Of a stretch of DNA of 64,000 bases, positions 1-8,880 are shown one piece after another. Numbering within the stretch: the stretch's first letter is position 1; each line of letters starts with the position of its first letter. This DNA is from an uncultured bacterium (GTDB taxonomy: Bacteria; Krumholzibacteriota; Krumholzibacteriia; LZORAL124-64-63): the NCBI GenBank assembly GCA_963772145.1, contig CAVYVY010000024.1, positions 130,870-194,869 of the forward strand, in the 5' to 3' direction. A model generated the notes under the pieces. The model ran no database searches, was not told the DNA's origin, and saw only the letters and a list, made by a program, of their open reading frames with translations. A program made the translations under genes and the position numbers.

Positions 1-2705
1 CGGAAGATCAGCAGCGTCAGCAGCGCGCCGAACAGCGCGAACGGCAGACCGGTCAGGATCGTGATCGGGTGGATGAAGCTCTCGTAGAGGATGCCCAGGA
101 TCATGTAGATGACGAGGATGGCCAGGATCAGCAGGGCCACCAGGCCGGCCTGCGAGGCCTTGAACGCCTGCGCGGTGCCGGCGAAACTCGTGACGATCGA
201 CGCCGGCAGCGTCTCGCGCGCGACCCGGTTGACGATCGCCACCGCCTCGCTCAGCGCCACCCCCTCGCCGAGGTTGAACGAGATCGTCACCGACGGCAGC
301 TGCCCGGAGTGGTTCACGGTGAGCGGGCCGAGCCCGGCTCGATCCGGGCGAGCGCGGACAGCGGCACCAGCGCGCCGTCCGCGGCGCGGACGTAGAGGCG
401 GGCGAGCGCCGCCGGATCGCGCTGGCACTCCGGCAGCAGTTCCATCATCACGTAGTACTGGTTGTTGGGCGCCAGGATGGTCGAGACCTGCCGCGTGCCG
501 AAGGCCGAGTAGAGCGCGTCCTCGATCGCCTGCGGCGTGACGCCGAGCGAGGCGGCGCGGTCGCGGTCGATGACCACGTCCACCTCGGGGTTGCTGCACG
601 CGCAGGTCGCTGTTGACGTCGCGCAGCTTCGACTCCTGCCGCAGCCGCGCCTCGAACGCGGGCGCGCCGGCGTAGAGCGCCGTCCAGGTCGGACGACTGC
701 ATGGTGAACTGGTAGAGTCCGGAGGCGAAGCGCCGCCGATGTTGATGGCCGGCGGGTTGATGATGAACACGCGGATGCCCGGGATCTTCGCCAGCTCGCG
801 CGCGCAGACTGCTCGACGACCTGGTCGGCGTTCAGCTCGCCGCTCCCCGCGCGGCTTCAGCCGCAGGAAGACCCGCCCCTGGTTGCCGGACGTGGTCGGC
901 CCGCCCGCCGCCCACGCTCGACATGAAGACCTCGATGTTCGGGTCCTGCGCGAGCACCGCGGCCACCGCCTGCTGGTGCGTCTTCATCGCCTCGAACGAC
1001 AGTCCCTCCGCCCCCTCCGTGGTCCCGGTCAGGAAGCCGGTGTCCTCGCTGGGGATGAAGCCCTTGGGGACGACGCGGAACAGGACCACGGTGCCGGCGA
1101 AGATCGCGCAGCGACAGCAGCACGTGGCGCGCCTTGCGCCGCATCGCCACGGCCAGCGTCCGCTCGTACAGCGCGAGGCCGCCACCCACGACCCGCTCGA
1201 TGCCGTCGTAGCAGCCGGTTGTGCTTCATCGTGCTGCGGGCGCAGGAAGCGGCTGCACATCATCGGCGTCAGCGACAGCGACACGAAGCCCGAGACCAGG
1301 ATCGCCGCCATGATGATGACCGCGAACTCCCGGAACAGGCGCCCCATGATCCCGCCCATGAACAGGATCGGGATGAACACCGCGGCCAGCGAGAGCGTCA
1401 TCGACACGATGGTGAAGCCGACCTCGCGCGCCCCGTCGACGGCGGCCGCGAACGGCGTCTTGCCCATCTCCATGTGCCGGAAGATGTTCTCCAGCATGAC
1501 GATGGCGTCGTCCACGACGAAGCCGACCGACAGCGTCAGGGCCATCAGCGACAGGTTGTCGAGGTTGTAGCCCAGCAGCGACATGACCGCGAAGGTGCCG
1601 ACGATCGACATCGGCAGGGCGAGGCTGGGGATCACCGTGGCCGAGACGTTGCGCAGGAACAGGAAGATCACCAGCACCACGAGGCAGAGCGTCAGCAGCA
1701 GGGTGAACTTGACGTCGCGGACCGACTCGCGGATCGGCTCGGCCCGGTCGAACAGCACGGTCAGCTGCGCGGAGGCCGGCAGCTGGCTCTGGAAGGTGGG
1801 CAGCAGCGCCTGCACCGCGCGCGACACCGCGACGGTGTTCGTGCCGGGCTGCCGCTGCACGGCCAGCATGATCGCGCGCTCGTCGTTGAACCAGCTCGCC
1901 ACCTTGTCGTTCTGGACGCTGTCGAAGACGCGGCCGAGGTCCTGCAGCCGCACCGGCGCGCCGTTGCGGTAGGCCACGACGATCGGCCGGTACTCCGCCG
2001 CCGTGTTCAGCTGGCCGGTGGCCCGCACGGTGTAGGCCTTCTCGGGGCCCCACAGCGTGCCGGTCGGCAGGTTGACGTTGTTCGCCTGGATCGCCGTGCA
2101 CGACCTCGTCGATGCCGATGCCGCGCGAGGCCAGCGCCTGCGGGTCGAGCTGGATGCGCACGGCGTACTTCTGCGAGCCGTAGACCTGCACCTGGGCCAC
2201 GCCGCTCACCATCGAGATGCGCTGCGCGATCAGCGTCTGCGCGTATTCGTCCACGTCCGACAGCGGCAGCGTCGGCGAGGTCAGGGCGATGAAGAGGATC
2301 GGCTGGTCGGCCGGGTTCACCTTCTGGTAGGACGGCGGCGACGGCATGTCGCGCGGCAGCTGCCGCTGCACCGCGGCGATGGCGGCCTGCACGTCCTGCG
2401 CGGCGGCGTCGATGTTGCGGTCCAGGCTGAACTGGATGGTGATCTGCGTGGAGCCCGAGGCCGCTCGTGGAGGTCATGTTGTCGATGCCGGCGATGGTGG
2501 AGAACTGCTTCTCCAGCGGCGTGGCCACCGCCGAGGCCATCGTTTCCGGGCTGGCGCCGGGCAGGCTCGCCGACACCGAGATGGTCGGGAAGTCCACGTT
2601 CGGCAGGTCGCTCACCGGCAGCAGCCGGTAGCCGATGACGCCCGCCACGAGGATGGCCAGCATGACCAGCGTCGTCATGACCGGCCGGCGGATGAAGAGG
2701 CTCAT
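1..2705 (-). CDS. RND (AcrB/HAE1-type) efflux pump inner-membrane subunit. The 3' end runs off the left edge and the frame is broken several times.
   Basis: The start at 2705 gives [44 protein letters not shown]. AcrB-like segments continue in ORFs 1226-2392, 832-2028 and 314-583, and in the left-edge frame (...[29 protein letters not shown]). There are at least 4 frame changes. Confidence 0.9.
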
Positions 2706-3883
2706 CGGCGGCCTCCCTGCGCCGGCCCGGCCGGCTTCACCTCCACGACCGCCCCCGGCACGAGCCGCATCTGCCCGTCGGTCACGACCGTCTCGCCGGC
2801 GCCCAGGCCGCCCGTCCACGACGGTGCAGTCCGTCGACGGTGCGGTTCACCTTCACGGCGCGCTTCTCGGCCTCGCCGATCCGCGCCGACGACGAAGACG
2901 AAGGTGCCCTCCTGGCCGGTCACGACGGCGGCGGCCGGCACGGTCAGCGCGGCCGGCTCGACCGTCAGCACCAGGTCCACGTCGACGAACTGGCCCGGCC
3001 AGAGCGCGCCGTCGTCGTTGGGGAACTCCGCCTTCAGCGTCACGGTGCCGGTGCCGGCGTCGACGGCGTTGTCCACGAAGACCAGCCGACCGGTCGAGCG
3101 CCTCGCCCGCGCCGTCGCGCGACGGCCGCGCCCGGACCGCGAGCGTGCCGCCGGCCGCGTACTTCTGCACCAGCGGCAGCTGGTCGCCCGGCGACGGCGA
3201 AGCTGACGCGGATCGGACTGCAGCTGGTTGACGACGACCAGCGGCGCGCCGTTGGCGCGCGACGACGTTGCCCTTCTTCACCAGGATGCTCCCGGTGCGA
3301 CCGGCCACGGGCGACGACACGGTGGCGTAGGCGAGGTTCAGCCTGGCCTGCTCCACCGCCGCCCGGTCGGCCTGCACGGCGGCCCGGAAGACGTCGGCCT
3401 GGGTGCGCACGGCGTCGGCCTGCTCGCGCGTCACGTAGTCCTTCGCCACCAGCCGCGCGTAGCGCGCGGCCTGGGCGTCGGCGTTGGCGGCCTGCGCCTC
3501 GTCGCGCGCGAGCTGGGCCTGCGCCGCCGCCAGCGCCGCCTGCAGCGGCCGCGGGTCGATCTGGAACAGCGGCTGGCCCGCCTTCGACGTCGGCGCCCTC
3601 CGTGAAGGCCACGGCCGTGATGACGCCGCCCACCTGCGGGCGGACCGCCACCGACTCGATCGGCTCGACCGTGCCGACCGCGTCCAGCAGCAGCGGCACC
3701 GGCTGGACCGTCGCGACGCCGGTCACGACCGGCACCGGCGGCGTTTTCGGCGGCCGGTTTCGCGCCGGTACGCCGCGAGGGCCAGCGCGGCGGCGAGCAG
3801 CGTCGGCAGGGGCGCGAGGCCGGCCCGGACGGGCGCGGCCGCCGCCGGTCCGCCGGCGCGGGGCGACCGGTCGTCGCCGTCAT
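2702..3883 (-). CDS. RND efflux membrane-fusion (periplasmic adaptor, HlyD/AcrA family) protein, frameshifted
   Basis: ATGA start/stop overlaps with both neighbours. MFP-like segments are spread over 4 ORFs: [41 protein letters not shown] (3040-3735), [62 protein letters not shown] (2853-3449) and [40 protein letters not shown] (2702-3076). Confidence 0.85.
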
Positions 3884-5376
3884 TTCTCCACCTCGGGGTG
3901 CAGGTTGTCGGGAGAGAGCGGATTCGCGCCGTGCAGGCCGAGCACGCCCGCGTCGCGGGCGAGCTGCGCCAGGGCGGTGAACCAGCCGAGCCGCGCGTTG
4001 ATCTGCTGGGCGCGCGCGGCGGCCAGCGCGCGCTGCGCCGAAAGCAGGTCCAGGACGTCGCCCACGCCCTCGCGGTAGCGTCCCAGCGCGACCTGCTCGG
4101 ACTCGCTGGCGCTGGCCAGCAGTTCGTCGGCCGTCTTCACGCGCTCGGTGGCGGTGAGGAAGTCGCTGTGCGCGGTGAAGACCTCGTAGATCACCTGCTG
4201 CTCGAAGCCGCGCGCCCGCTCGGCGGCGGCGTCGGCCTCGGCCCGCGCCCGCGCCAGGTCGTGGCGGCCCGAGAAGCCGGCGAACAGCGGGATGTTCAGC
4301 ACGAGCGCGCCGCTGGTGCGGTCGGCGGATCGTCCACGCCGTCGGTCCAGGTGCGGCCGGTCGAACCGCTCACCGACAGCGACGGCAGCAGGTCCGAGCG
4401 CGCGCTCTTCGCGCGGGCCGCGGCGGCCTGCGCCGGCGCGCTGCGCCGCCCGCAGGTCGGGTCGCGTGGCCACGGCCTGCGCGATCAGACTCCTCCACGG
4501 TGCGCGCCACCGCCGTCGACCGGGATGTCGGGCGTGCCGATCGCGATGTCGTACGGCACGTTCGCCGGGTAGCCCATCGACACGGCGAGCGCCCCCTTCG
4601 TGGTGCGCACCTGCCCCTCGGTGGTCTGCAGGTCCAGCTTGACCTGCGCGCGGGCCGTGCGCGCCTGCAGCACGTCGGCGATGGTGGCCAGGCCGACCTC
4701 GTGCCGCGCCTCGGCCGCGACGACGCTGCTCTCCGCCTCGGCGTACGACATCGCGGTTCGCCGCGAGGATCGCCTGCGCCCCGCCGTACCGGTAGAAGGC
4801 GGTCTCCACGGCGAGGATGGCGTCCTGGATGGACGGCGTTGTGCGTCCAGTCGGCCGCCAGCAGCGTCTGCTGCGCCGCCTCGACCCGCCCCCCGCGCCC
4901 GCCGAAGTCGAGCAGCAGCCACGACAGGCCGGCGGCCGGGCCGTAGGTCGTGGACCACGGCGCGGGACCCGCCGGCGGCGGCCGCTCGTCCGGGAGCTGG
5001 CGTTGCCGCGCGTGAGCGTGGCGGTGCCGTCGAGCGTCGGCAGGCGGCTGCCCCGCGCCGCGCCGTAGCCCGCCCGCCGCGGCCCTGGCGTCGGCCCAGG
5101 CCGCGCGCGTGGCCGGACTGTTGGCCAGCGCGATGTCCACCACCTCGGCCAGCGTGAGACGCGCCAGCCGGTCGGCCACCGCCTCGGGCGGGATGGCCGG
5201 GCCGACCGGCGCGCCGGCGACGACAGCGCGCGCCGGCGGTGTCCACGGCACGTCGGCCGACGGCGCCGTCCCGTCCACGCCGTCCACGCGGGGCGGGCTG
5301 CTCGCGCAGCCGGCGGCCAGCAGCGCGGCCAGCGCGACGCGCGCGCCGCGGCGCCGGGGCAGGTTCGTGGACTCAT
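3880..5376 (-). CDS. Outer-membrane efflux factor lipoprotein (TolC/NodT family), frameshifted
   Basis: A lipobox, VALAALLAAGCAS, lies near the N-terminus (frame of ORF 4370-6208). TolC-type repeats follow: LSWLLLDFGGRGGRVEAAQQTLLAADW, EARHEVGLATIADVLQARTARAQVKLDLQTTEGQ (ORF 4485-5246), and the C-terminal LVLNIPLFAGFSGRHDLARARAEAD...GDVLDLLSAQRALAAARAQQINARLGWFTALAQLARDAG (ORF 3880-5802). Confidence 0.85.
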   Translation of the reverse strand: MSPRTCPGAAARASRWPRCWPPAARAARPAWTAWTGRRRRPTCRGHRRRALSSPARRSARPSRPRRWPTGWRVSRWPRWWTSRWPTVRPRARPGPTPGPRRAGYGAARGSRLPTLDGTATLTRGNASSRTSGRRRRVPRRGPRPTARPPACRGCCSTSAGAGGGSRRRSRRCWRPTGRTTPSIQDAILAVETAFYRYGGAQAILAANRDVVRRGGEQRRRGRGAARGRPGHHRRRAAGAHGPRAGQAGPADHRGAGAHHEGGARRVDGLPGERAVRHRDRHARHPGRRRWRAPWRSLIAQAVATRPDLRAAQRAGAGRRGPREERALGPAAVAVGERFDRPHLDRRRGRSADRTSGALVLNIPLFAGFSGRHDLARARAEADAAAERARGFEQQVIYEVFTAHSDFLTATERVKTADELLASASESEQVALGRYREGVGDVLDLLSAQRALAAARAQQINARLGWFTALAQLARDAGVLGLHGANPLSPDNLHPEVEK

Positions 5377-6031
5377 GGCGTCCTCCCGACCGTCCGCCGC
5401 ACGGCCACACCGTTGAGGAACAGGTCGACGACAAAGCGCGCATCCGCTTCCGGCGGACCGGGCGCCGCGACCAGCGAACCGCCGCCCGATCGTGACGATG
5501 TTCGCCTCGATCAGCATGGCCGCCAGACGCTGCGGATCGAGCGGCCGGAACACGCCCACGCGGGCGCCCTCCTCGAAGACCTTCGCCACCCGCTCCACGT
5601 AGCCCCGGAACGGCAGGGACTGCTGTCGCCGCAGCGTCGTCTCGGCGATCTGGCGATCCCAGAGCAGGACGCGAAACAGGTCGCGGTGTTCGTCGAAGTA
5701 GCCGAGGTGTCGCACCACGAACCGCTCGAGCTTCGCCGCCGGCGCCAGCGGCCCGTCGAGGATCGGCGAACAGTTCCTCCCACAGGGGGCGCAGCGCCTC
5801 ATCCTTCACCGCCGTCAGCAGCTGCTGCTTGTCCTTGAAATGGAGATAGAGCGTGCCCTTGGCGAGGCCGGCCTCGGCGGCCACCCTGTCCATGGTGAGC
5901 GCCTCCGCTCCCTCCCGCGAGAGGATCCGGACCACCGCGTCCTGGATGCTCCGCCGGCAGAGCGCGCCCCACTCCGCCTTGAGCTGCTTCGGTCTCGGCG
6001 CCAAACCCGTCCTCCTGACAGTCCGCCACAT
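5373..6031 (-). CDS. TetR/AcrR family transcriptional repressor of the efflux operon, frameshifted
   Basis: The N-terminal HTH reads IQDAVVRILSREGAEALTMDRVAAEAGLAKGTLYLHFKDKQQLLTAV (ORF 4370-6208). The C-terminal part is in ORF 3880-5802 (FVVRHLGYFDEHRDLFRVLLWD...). The stop TGA overlaps the OMF ATG. Confidence 0.85.
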
Positions 6032-6034
6032 GAA

Positions 6035-6068
6035 TGACCGGGCGGTCACTATAAGAACCGGACGGTCA
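6035..6068. promoter_or_regulatory. Two 14-bp operator-like palindromes (TGACCG-GG-CGGTCA and GAACCG-GA-CGGTCA), centres 20 bp apart
   Basis: Read directly at 6035-6048 and 6055-6068, immediately upstream of the TetR start (6031) and in the region divergent from the small-peptide gene. The spacing equals two helical turns. Confidence 0.5.
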
Positions 6069-6215
6069 TCCGACAAGAGAATGGGCAACAGAATATCCGC
6101 TGGAATTTGTTGAACATGCCCTCGTGCGCGGGATCCGGGCGGCCCCTCCCGTCGATCCACCGGAGAGCTCGAACCATTATAGTAATGATGAGTGAAGAAA
6201 ACCGCCAAAAACCAC

Positions 6216-6245
6216 TTGACGGGACAGAGGTATTTGTTTTAATAT
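6216..6245 (+). promoter_or_regulatory. Sigma70-like promoter for the small peptide gene
   Basis: TTGACG (6216-6221), an 18-nt spacer, then TAATAT (6240-6245), inside an AT-rich islet. The RBS GAGGGAGGG lies just before the ATG at 6304. Confidence 0.5.
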
Positions 6246-6303
6246 ATTATCACGCTGAGGGAGCGGATACATCCTGTTTTGGCAAAATATGCGAGGGAGG
6301 GTC

Positions 6304-6492
6304 ATGAAAATCGGCAGCAGCGGGAAGGACAAAGGCCTGAAAAAGCCTTACCGCAAGCCCACGGTGGACTCACGCGGGCTCAAGCTGGGTGTCTATGGCG
6401 ACTACGGTTGCGAGGATGACAAATCCGGCGGCGGCGATAGCGATCACGGCGGTCACCGTCACCGTCACCATCACAGACATCACGGCCTCTAG
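6304..6492 (+). CDS. 62-aa Lys-rich/acidic/His-rich small protein, function unknown
   Basis: MKIGSSGKDKGLKKPYRKPTVDSRGLKLGVYGDYGCEDDKSGGGDSDHGGHRHRHHHRHHGL. The ORF is framed by its own promoter, a strong SD and an intrinsic terminator. Eight of the last 16 residues are His. Confidence 0.6.
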   Translation: MKIGSSGKDKGLKKPYRKPTVDSRGLKLGVYGDYGCEDDKSGGGDSDHGGHRHRHHHRHHGL

Positions 6493-6516
6493 TCTGCACC
6501 GTCCACCCGGACACCT

Positions 6517-6554
6517 GGAGTCCCGCCGGTCCCTGGCCGGCGGGACTCCTTTTT
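6517..6554 (+). terminator. Rho-independent terminator of the small peptide gene
   Basis: A perfect 13-bp stem, GGAGTCCCGCCGG (6517-6529) / CCGGCGGGACTCC (6537-6549), with a 7-nt loop followed by TTTTT (6550-6554). Confidence 0.85.
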
Positions 6555-6764
6555 GCGCGCGGGATCCGCGAAGCCATCGCCGGCAATCCGACCCGGAATC
6601 GTCGCACTGCCAACCGGATGAATTCAGGAGATGCAAAGCGCGCCGCGGTCTGCTATGCACGGCTGAACGACCCCCGACGCGTTCCCACGCCTGGCGGCGC
6701 CTTCGCCGCCGCAGAATCGCGTCATCCAGACCACGGGCGCACCGCGCCGTTTCCATGGAGGGGA

Positions 6765-7394
6765 ATGAGGATGCACGAGGAGATGAGGCACGACGGGAAA
6801 GACATCGAGGCGAGACTGCAGCGGCTGGAACGACAGAACGGGCGGTGGCGGATGGCGACCGTCGTGCTGCTGCTGCTGACGGGGGGCGCGCTGCTGACCG
6901 CGCAGGCGCCGTTGCAGAGGCCGGTGGCCCTGGCCCAGCCGGTGAACGCGCCGATCACGACCACGGCGTTGACGGCCGACAAGATCGTCCTGCGAGACGC
7001 CGCCGGACGCGTCCGCGCGCGGATCGAGATGGACACCGAGCACGGCGGCCCCGTGCTGACGATGGCCGACGACACCGGCGTCGAGCGCCTGCGCCTCGGG
7101 CTCCAGGGCGAGCCGGGCGGCGACGCCAACGGCGTTCACCCCGCCGGCTCCTTCCTGATCCTGCAGGACCTTGCGCAGAAACCGCGCCTGATGCTGACGT
7201 TCGCCGAGGAGGTGACACGTCGCGGCGGCCAGATCACCGCCGAGGACAAGCGCTGCGAAACCTTCCTCTGCAGCCGCGATCAGGCCACCCAGGTCCGCCT
7301 CCGCTGCATCGACGACGACGTCATGAGCCTCACCAAGCGCTACGCCAACCGTGACGGCGTCCATTACGCGAAGTTCTACCAATACGAGAAGTAG
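6765..7394 (+). CDS. Hypothetical single-pass membrane-anchored protein (short coiled-coil N-terminus, one TM helix, periplasmic domain)
   Basis: GGAGGGG RBS before ATG 6765/6771. The sequence is MRMHEEMRHDGKDIEARLQRLERQNGRWRMATVVLLLLTGGALLTAQAP..., intact. I recognise no family. Confidence 0.55.
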   Translation: MRMHEEMRHDGKDIEARLQRLERQNGRWRMATVVLLLLTGGALLTAQAPLQRPVALAQPVNAPITTTALTADKIVLRDAAGRVRARIEMDTEHGGPVLTMADDTGVERLRLGLQGEPGGDANGVHPAGSFLILQDLAQKPRLMLTFAEEVTRRGGQITAEDKRCETFLCSRDQATQVRLRCIDDDVMSLTKRYANRDGVHYAKFYQYEK

Positions 7395-7455
7395 GGCAGG
7401 GCAACAGGACGGGAGGGAGGGGGCGCTGCCGGCAACGGCGGCGCCCCCTCTCCGC

Positions 7456-8262
7456 TCAGCGCAGCATGCCGAACGAGACGCCGAGGCGATACGGCCCCAT
7501 GACGTGGTTGCCACCGACGTTGTCCCAGGTCCAGCCTTCGTGGAACAGGTCGTCGATGAGCGGATTGGCCACCGGCGAGGCGAAGTCGCCGAACACGGTG
7601 ATCATCGAACCCTTCCCGACGAAGATGTCCACGCCGAGCAGGAAGGTGGCGCCGGACGCCAGGCCGGTGTCGCTGCCCCAGGAACTGGCCCGGTCCACCG
7701 TGGCGTAGTCGACCGTCCATCGGTAGATGCCGAAACCGGCCCCGACCCACGGGCGGAAGCCGTTCTTCTGGAAGTCGTATTTGGCGCCCAGCCGCATCCC
7801 GGTCGTGTCCATGTAGAAGTAGGCATCGTCCGTGAACGGCCCGACGATGTGCGATTCGTAATCGGTCATCTCGTACACCCAGAAACTGGTGCTGTACTCG
7901 TCCTTGACCGCCACCTGCTTGCGAAACGTCGAGAAATTCCCGTCGAAGAACAGCCGCATGGCCGGGCTGACCCGGTAGTCGATCGACAGCCCGAACCCGT
8001 AGGGACGCTCGATCGGGTTCATGTCGGCAAAGTCGTCACCGCTTTCCGGCAGCAGCGCGGTCTGGACCCGACCGCTCATGCCGAAGCCGCCGAAACTCAG
8101 ACCCCACTTCGGGGGCTTGGGCGCGATCTCCACCCCGTTGGCCAGGGGCTGCGGTTCCTCCTGCGCCCAGGACGCCCCGCAGGCCGCCAGGACGAAGACG
8201 CTCACCAGCAACAATGTGCGCCAGGACCGTGGGCAGTTCGCGGACAGGTTGAGCGAACGCAT
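7456..8262 (-). CDS. Outer-membrane beta-barrel protein (OMP_b-brl/porin-like) with signal peptide
   Basis: Signal peptide LLLVSVFVLAACGASWAQ, followed by alternating aromatic/Gly beta-strand pattern (GLSIDYRV, MRLGAKYDF, WVGAGFGIYRW, YRLGVSFGM). Intact 268-aa ORF. Confidence 0.7.
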   Translation of the reverse strand: MRSLNLSANCPRSWRTLLLVSVFVLAACGASWAQEEPQPLANGVEIAPKPPKWGLSFGGFGMSGRVQTALLPESGDDFADMNPIERPYGFGLSIDYRVSPAMRLFFDGNFSTFRKQVAVKDEYSTSFWVYEMTDYESHIVGPFTDDAYFYMDTTGMRLGAKYDFQKNGFRPWVGAGFGIYRWTVDYATVDRASSWGSDTGLASGATFLLGVDIFVGKGSMITVFGDFASPVANPLIDDLFHEGWTWDNVGGNHVMGPYRLGVSFGMLR

Positions 8263-8436
8263 GGTGCCACCTTTCCAGACTGTGTGGAGCGGTTCTTAAG
8301 CGATCGAGCGGGCTCTCAACAACACGGCCTCGGCGAGGCGCGCCCTGGCCGGGGACACCTTCAGCCGTGGTCACGACGGAGCCACAACGAACCATTATCG
8401 GTGCACAGCGGGATGACCTGAGCCGCTCGTGCAAGT

Positions 8437-8483
8437 TGTTGCGCCGCCCGGTACCCGAACCCCAAACCTGCTGATCAAGGGCC
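8437..8483 (-). other. Degenerate 3' half of a tRNA-Lys(CTT) gene (acceptor 3' arm, T-arm, through the anticodon loop). Att-site-like fragment.
   Basis: By hand alignment, 39 of 47 positions are identical to 25312-25358 of the intact tRNA-Lys, in the same orientation. There is no matching 5' half, so it cannot fold as a tRNA. Confidence 0.65.
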
Positions 8484-8632
8484 TCCCCTGCCGCCCAGGC
8501 CCGGCACCTCGCTCACTTTGCCAACCCCATATTCGATGTCCCGAACCTCCCTCCCGACTCCAGGGCGGTGGCGCCAGTTGCGCCGGCGCAATTCGGCGCG
8601 CGTGCCCGCGCGTTTCGTCGGCACCACAGCGC

Positions 8633-8790
8633 GTCCGAAGCAACCTGTAGACACGCGAGGCTGGGGGACATCTGGCCCGGGAGCACGGCAGCGGCGGCGA
8701 CGGCGACGGCGGCGGTCCCGGCGGCCATCGCGGAGAACACGGCCTCCGGACTGCACCGTCCGCCCGGACACATTTTGTGCGCGGGATTCG
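8633..8790 (+). pseudogene. Decayed paralogous copy of the 6351-6569 segment (3' two-thirds of the His-rich peptide gene plus downstream flank, without the terminator hairpin)
   Basis: Shared nucleotide blocks: ccg.aagc..ac..tg.agac.cacgcg.gg, ggcggcggcga, cacggcctc..g.ctgcaccgtcc.cccggacac and ttttg.gcgcgggat.cg. The translations are ARPKQPVDTRGWG (one frame) then GSGGDGDGGGPGGHRGEHGL (next frame), versus YRKPTVDSRGL...KSGGGDSDHGGHRHRHHHRHHGL. The stop codon is lost. Confidence 0.6.
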
Positions 8791-8880
8791 TCACCACGCA
8801 CCTCGCCACGGCAGTTGTGGCGTGCCGGGGTCAGCGCGCATATTCTTGTCGCGCCCCGGGGACGAAACGCAAGGAGCGGC

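Noticed and set aside
739-2292. Long ORFs antisense to, or out of frame with, recognised genes. Examples: 739-2292 (+), 2840-4078 (+), 14995-17043 (+), 20106-22106 (-), 23354-24955 (+), 37175-38992 (-), 38989-40647 (-), 48025-50064 (-), 54122-55741 (+), 54628-57123 (+).
   Set aside because: Their translations are Arg/Pro/Ala/Gly-rich low-complexity strings typical of non-coding frames in ~70% GC DNA. Each overlaps a gene with clear family-level similarity on the other strand or frame.
6165-6175. GAGCTCGAACC upstream of the intact peptide gene as a second tRNA 3'-half fragment.
   Set aside because: The flanks match tRNA-Lys only at roughly half of the positions by eye, and the piece cannot form a T-arm. 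It is kept only as a weak supporting observation in the duplication finding, not as a feature.
6304-6492. The small peptide as a lasso-peptide or other RiPP precursor. KKPYRKPTVDSRG resembles the YxxPxLxxxG leader motif, and Gly/Asp/Glu are spaced suitably for a macrolactam.
   Set aside because: No lasso cyclase, leader peptidase, RRE/PqqD or other maturase gene lies within at least 10 kb on either side. The penultimate-leader Thr is missing. The only radical SAM gene (17336) belongs to the AmmeMemoRadiSam family, 11 kb away across unrelated operons.
8518-8880. N-terminal 121-aa extension of the YidE-like ORF (673-aa version starting at TTG 8518).
   Set aside because: The extension is Arg-rich low-complexity sequence. 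It overlaps the decayed peptide-gene copy. The family-typical N-terminus MDGIGNLL... starts at ATG 8881.
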